A stretch of DNA of 63,783 nt, the filler included. It is 7 parts of 7 records of this genome, joined end to end, with 100 filler letters (N's around TTAATTAATTAA, not from the genome) between each part and the next. Parts side by side here need not be neighbours in the genome. Positions count along the whole stretch, not along the records: positions 58,758 to 63,783 come from SRR31156797_28684; 6 more parts are not named here. One strand, given 5' to 3'. The notes beneath the pieces were generated by a model. The model ran no database searches. It was not told where the DNA came from and saw nothing but the letters and a program-made list of their open reading frames with translations. Shown one piece after another: positions 59,603-63,783 of the stretch (position 1 is the stretch's first letter; each line of letters starts with the position of its first letter). Position numbers and translations under genes: made by a program.

Positions 59603-61555
59603 TTATTCAAACAGCTCTTCAAATTTGTCGAGCACTTTCTCTTTCGCTTTGGAAGCCATGGTTGCCGCTTCTTGTTTTGCTTCTTTGTAAATTTCCGATT
59701 CGGAATCGGCAAACTCTTCAGGAATAGCGGTAAAAATGAAATCATCGCTCATTTTTACTTCCCAAGGCAAGGCAAATTTTCCTTTCGATTTATGCGTAAG
59801 AATCAGGCGGTAAGCATAACCGTTGGTGTTTTCATCAATAAATATATTTTTCTCCTGAAATGCTTCTCCACTTGATGGAATAACCATAATGTTTGTGCTT
59901 TTTTCTTTCCCAAATTGCATGTAGCGCAACTGAACGGCAACTGCTCTAATATCATTTGCTTTTAGTTGTTCGAGCTCCGAATCTACCATAATGGTTCGTT
60001 TCATTACGGGCGATTTTAGCATTACCGATTCGGCCCAGTCTCCTTTTATCCATTCCGGTTGTTCTGGGAAAAGGCGTCCTCCGCGTAAACTCCATTGGGC
60101 TTTATATTCGTAAGCTTCGGGGTTTTGGTCTTCGCCTCGTGCGTAGGTTAATCGTGCCGCAGTTCCTTTTTCGTTAATGTATTTTTTATCCATGGTAAAG
60201 CTGTCCGAGTAGTCATTTCCTGAGCTACGTTTTTTCCGAACCGCAACCGTTACATAGTTTATGGCTTCTGAAAAGATTTCATTGTCGGCACCATCCAATT
60301 GAAAAAGAATCTCGCGGTGCTGGAAAAACGGGTCGTTAAGTACCACTGTGCTAATGCAATTTTTGTTATCGCGTACGCCGTCGTACCACGAGCGCAGATT
60401 GCCGGTAACATCGACAAGACGCGGCACAGCACGGCGGTATTTTAGCGAAATGGTTTCGAAACCTTTTTCAATTTTCTTTTCGGTTTTTACTTTGTTGTAG
60501 CGGTAGTAGCGCCCTTTCATGGTATTGGGCTTGTCATCGTCGTCCCCATCGGCCGGAATAGATGGAACTTCCATGTCGCGGTCGGTTAAGGCATTGGTAA
60601 AATAGGTCATAAATGCTTCCAGCACCATCGCACTGGTTTCGTCTCCTAACGATTGGTCTGCAATGTTTACACGTACCGATTTATTCTCCTGAACCGTGTT
60701 GTATATTTCGTGCATTTCGTCGTAGGAATAGTAGTGTTTTGTTTTTTTCCACCACAATGCGCCCGATGTTGATTTACGGTGATAATAAACAGTTGAAAGC
60801 GAATCGAAGGTTTCGGCCACTTTGCTCCAATTGATAAAAACGGAAGCATCTATTGCCGGCATCATTACATTGTATTGGTATCCTAAGGTTACAGACAGGT
60901 CGGTGATTGAACTAGTTTCTTCGAAAGTTGCTGCCATTAACTGGGCAGTATTGGCATCCATTTTACTGGCCACAACGGCTTTGCCTCCTTCTGAAGATGG
61001 CACACGCCCAGAAGTAATTAATTTAGACGTTGAAGGATCGCTTAAGGATGCTGAATAAATTTGGAACGAATTTTCAGGAAGGGGCTTAACATCAACCGGT
61101 CCCATAATTTTTATTTTCGAAGCTACCAACGGTAAAAACATGCGACCCTTTACCCGGTCTTTCTTTTTTACTTCCAATTTCTCTTTCACTTTCGTTAGTA
61201 ATTCTGCTTCTTGCTGAGCGCTTAAACCCCAATGCATTAAAAAATGCAGAAGTGCTCCATTTACGCCTCCGGCCGATGCATCTTCTTCGGTCATGTATTT
61301 CATAAACAGAAATTCAGGTACCCCATCGGGGCGCTGAGATAAACGCAATCCGGTAGGTAAGTAATAGTATTCGCCGGTAAAAACATTGGTGGTTGTTTGG
61401 GCTTTTCCCAGCAGGGTAACTTCGGTGCCATCGTTAAGGGTCACCGAAAGGCGGTTATCGTTGTCGAGCGGCTGCGCCAATACCAAATTTCCAAATAGAA
61501 ATAGCCCACACATTATGGCTAATCCTGTTAATCGTTTATGCATCTTTTTTTTCAT
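59603..61555 (-). CDS. Secreted hypothetical protein, paralog 3 (650 aa)
   Basis: Signal peptide ...VLA-Q; YYYLP...PEFLFMKY...GALLHF; DPFFQHR; YEYKAQWSLRGG. Confidence 0.88.
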   Translation of the reverse strand: MKKKMHKRLTGLAIMCGLFLFGNLVLAQPLDNDNRLSVTLNDGTEVTLLGKAQTTTNVFTGEYYYLPTGLRLSQRPDGVPEFLFMKYMTEEDASAGGVNGALLHFLMHWGLSAQQEAELLTKVKEKLEVKKKDRVKGRMFLPLVASKIKIMGPVDVKPLPENSFQIYSASLSDPSTSKLITSGRVPSSEGGKAVVASKMDANTAQLMAATFEETSSITDLSVTLGYQYNVMMPAIDASVFINWSKVAETFDSLSTVYYHRKSTSGALWWKKTKHYYSYDEMHEIYNTVQENKSVRVNIADQSLGDETSAMVLEAFMTYFTNALTDRDMEVPSIPADGDDDDKPNTMKGRYYRYNKVKTEKKIEKGFETISLKYRRAVPRLVDVTGNLRSWYDGVRDNKNCISTVVLNDPFFQHREILFQLDGADNEIFSEAINYVTVAVRKKRSSGNDYSDSFTMDKKYINEKGTAARLTYARGEDQNPEAYEYKAQWSLRGGRLFPEQPEWIKGDWAESVMLKSPVMKRTIMVDSELEQLKANDIRAVAVQLRYMQFGKEKSTNIMVIPSSGEAFQEKNIFIDENTNGYAYRLILTHKSKGKFALPWEVKMSDDFIFTAIPEEFADSESEIYKEAKQEAATMASKAKEKVLDKFEELFE

Positions 61556-61582
61556 AGTTTTATTTTTATAGTTGTTGTTGTT

Positions 61583-63286
61583 TTAGAATTCATCGATAAA
61601 AACCAGGCCGCTGTTGTCTTCGCCGGATTTTACCTCGCGGCTGCCATCGGTTTTAACCCAGGTAATTTTGTAAGTGTAACTATCGGTGTTTAAAGGAAGC
61701 GTAATGTCAACCATTTTTTCGTCAATGTTTTCTCCTGGTTTCCATACCAAACGGGTGGTTTTTGTTTCTTCAAAAAACGGGTAAGAAAGCTGAACAATGG
61801 CGGCACGAACACCCGCTTCTTTTAGGGTGTTTTCATCGCCAAATAATTGAATGGTTGTACGTTTAAACGGGGCAAATAAATTAATCATCGAAGCCGATTC
61901 ATTTTCCCAATCGGTTGAGAACGTTCCTCCACCGCTAAACTTCCAATTGGTTTGGTATTGGTAGTTTAGCCACTTCAGTCGGTCGGTGTCGGCTTTCGAG
62001 CCATAAACCATGTTCAACGAAAGACCTTCTTTTTTTACAGTTTCAGGTGTTACCAGAATTTCTTGTAGGGTTTGTTCTCCTCCTTCATGCTCTTTTTTCA
62101 AGGTAACGGTAACATTGTTTATCATTTTTCCCATTTCGTTTACCAGATTTCCATCAATTCCAACATGAATTACGCGTTGCTGAAAATCAGGATCGTCCAT
62201 CGAAACGGTTTTGAAATATTTGGTGTTGTCGCCGTATTGTTCGTATAAATTGCCCATGTTAAAAACAATGTAGTGGTGGCGTTTTACTGGCGATCGCGAA
62301 TTGAAATTCAAAACGGAATGACCGGTGGTTTTTAAATCGCGCATGGCATAGGCACCATGAATACTGATGGGAGAGCTTTTTGAGAATTTCTTCGCAATTT
62401 TCTGAATGCCGCTAACTACATCCTCTTTAATGGTTTCGGGTACTTCCGTTTTTTCTATTTCTTTAAAAAACAAATCGGTAAGTTTTTCGTACATCCGGTC
62501 GATAAGTGCCTGCATGTTGGCATCTTCGCCGCTGGTTGTAAGTGTAATCGCACTTTCGGTTTGCAGGTTTTTATACAGCATGTCAATTTCGGCACTTACA
62601 AAGTACACGTTTGCACCAGCCTTAATGTGTTGCGATTGCTGCACTTTTGTCCAGTCAACTTCCATTTCTGCATCAAAAGCATCCGAAACACCCGAGAATT
62701 CCATGTCGAAAACAATAGAAATATCGGGCGTTGCCATTTTAAAACTTTCCAAAAGCAGCGATGAGGTTTCCGGCTCCAGTTCAAACGAAAGTGCAATTTT
62801 GCTGCCTTCCAAAACCGGAGCACTTCCCGTGGCCATTAACATGTTTTTTTGCTTCCCGTCTTTTGTAAGAATAGAAGAAACCAAAGCATAATTTCCTTTA
62901 TCAAAAAGAAGGGGGCCTTTTAGTTTTACCTCTTCGTTTTCGCATAATTCGCGCAGTTTTTCTTCAACAGCCTGCACTTTTTCCTGTGGCGTATCGTATT
63001 GAACCAGAAAATGCAGAATTGCACCGCCACCTGCTTTTTGAATAGAATTACTGCTTGCGGCTTTTTCCGCTTCGGTTACCACATAACGGATAAGCGAAAA
63101 CTGTGGATTCTGTTCTTTGTCGAGGGCAAGCGAGGCATCCTGAGGCAGGTAATAATAACTGGTGGAATCGGTTAACAAGGGGAAGCACCACAGGCCTTCA
63201 GCTCGAACGCCACGATCCATCATTACCTGCTGAGCCATGCTGTTGAAACAGAGTATTGTAAATAGTATGAAAATAGATTGTTTCAT
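61583..63286 (-). CDS. Secreted hypothetical protein, paralog 2 (567 aa)
   Basis: Signal peptide ...SMA-Q; YYYLP...PQFSLIRYV...GGAILHF; DPDFQQR; WLNYQYQTNWKFSGG. Confidence 0.88.
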   Translation of the reverse strand: MKQSIFILFTILCFNSMAQQVMMDRGVRAEGLWCFPLLTDSTSYYYLPQDASLALDKEQNPQFSLIRYVVTEAEKAASSNSIQKAGGGAILHFLVQYDTPQEKVQAVEEKLRELCENEEVKLKGPLLFDKGNYALVSSILTKDGKQKNMLMATGSAPVLEGSKIALSFELEPETSSLLLESFKMATPDISIVFDMEFSGVSDAFDAEMEVDWTKVQQSQHIKAGANVYFVSAEIDMLYKNLQTESAITLTTSGEDANMQALIDRMYEKLTDLFFKEIEKTEVPETIKEDVVSGIQKIAKKFSKSSPISIHGAYAMRDLKTTGHSVLNFNSRSPVKRHHYIVFNMGNLYEQYGDNTKYFKTVSMDDPDFQQRVIHVGIDGNLVNEMGKMINNVTVTLKKEHEGGEQTLQEILVTPETVKKEGLSLNMVYGSKADTDRLKWLNYQYQTNWKFSGGGTFSTDWENESASMINLFAPFKRTTIQLFGDENTLKEAGVRAAIVQLSYPFFEETKTTRLVWKPGENIDEKMVDITLPLNTDSYTYKITWVKTDGSREVKSGEDNSGLVFIDEF

Positions 63287-63298
63287 TTTGTTTTCGCA

Positions 63299-63783
63299 TT
63301 AAAAGGTTGGAGCAGCCGGTGGCATTAAGAAAAGGTAATCGGAATCGAGCTCTTTTAATGGCGCTTTTTTAACACCTTCTGTTGATGCCCAGGTTATTTT
63401 GTAGACCAGTTTTTCGCCTTCGTCGTGGTATAAAACCAACTTCGAAATTGGATCGGCATCGTTGGCGCTCAGTCGTATTCTTCCAATTTTTGTGGGCTTG
63501 CCTAAAAATGTTGATGCAAATTCAATCACTGCTGTTGAATACCCGGCATCTTTAAACATCGAACGGTCGGCATCAATTTCAACAACCGTTTTTTGGAATG
63601 GCGGTGAAAGGGAAATAACCGGAGCATTCGATTTCAGCCATTCTTCTTCGTTTTCCGGAAGTTTTACCGGCTCATCTACTCCTCGAAAACTCCAGTTTAA
63701 TCGGTATTCGTAGTTGAGCCAATCGCTGCCCGAAGCGCCAAGCCTCGGATAACTAACCGCTTTAATTTGTTCGCCCTTTTCAA
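63299..63783 (-). CDS. Hypothetical protein, paralog 1 (C-terminal part; starts beyond the window)
   Basis: Frame is open to the window edge: ...WLNYEYRLNWSFRG...ISLSPPFQKTVVEIDAD..MFKDAG...YKITW aligns with the C-termini of paralogs 2 and 3. Confidence 0.85.
   Translation of the reverse strand, partial: EKGEQIKAVSYPRLGASGSDWLNYEYRLNWSFRGVDEPVKLPENEEEWLKSNAPVISLSPPFQKTVVEIDADRSMFKDAGYSTAVIEFASTFLGKPTKIGRIRLSANDADPISKLVLYHDEGEKLVYKITWASTEGVKKAPLKELDSDYLFLMPPAAPTF

Noticed and set aside
58758-63783. SusC/SusD, T6SS/eCIS or CDC-like identity for the paralog array
   Set aside because: No lipobox, TonB barrel, phage-tail motifs or YGR signature recognised; the assignment cannot be supported without a search
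1-63783. CRISPR arrays, rRNA, intact tRNA, intact transposase or integrase
   Set aside because: None seen in any segment

Overview
This window is not one locus. It is seven unrelated contigs joined by 100-nt spacers (N44-TTAATTAATTAA-N44). Taxonomic guesses below rest on gene content and composition. (1) 1-11815, alphaproteobacterial: a sugar/sugar-acid catabolic cluster (LysR, SDR, ABM monooxygenase, two beta-hydroxyacid dehydrogenases, HexR-like regulator, UlaG-like hydrolase, 2-hydroxyacid DH, shikimate-DH-like protein, cupin PGI, FGGY kinase, HAD). (2) 11916-21429, Desulfobacterales-like: ilvC end, modF, marR-paaI, an orphan lipoprotein flanked by a decayed paaI duplicate, then a TonB receptor and methyltransferase behind an attenuator-like leader. 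(3) 21530-28015, spirochaete-like: RRM protein, GntR, TRAP dctPQM, ManA-like isomerase and an uncalled uxuA pseudogene. (4) 28116-34349, Methanosarcinaceae-like archaeon: methanofuran genes mfnD/F/E, a Zn-finger microprotein, EF-1beta, a tRNA remnant, a ~300-nt structured leader before a CxxC-x17-CxxC gene, and a surface-sorted 10-haem cytochrome c. (5) 34450-51308, Desulfovibrionaceae: typA, aspA, rlpA, HU and the lactate oxidation operon. (6) 51409-58657, deltaproteobacterial: M16 peptidase and a prpE-DUF4212-actP-DUF294 nucleotidyltransferase unit. (7) 58758-63783, Bacteroidota-like: at least four tandem paralogous secreted proteins with no family I can recognise. That array is the best candidate for an undescribed system, possibly a hetero-oligomeric secreted or pore-forming complex (inference only).
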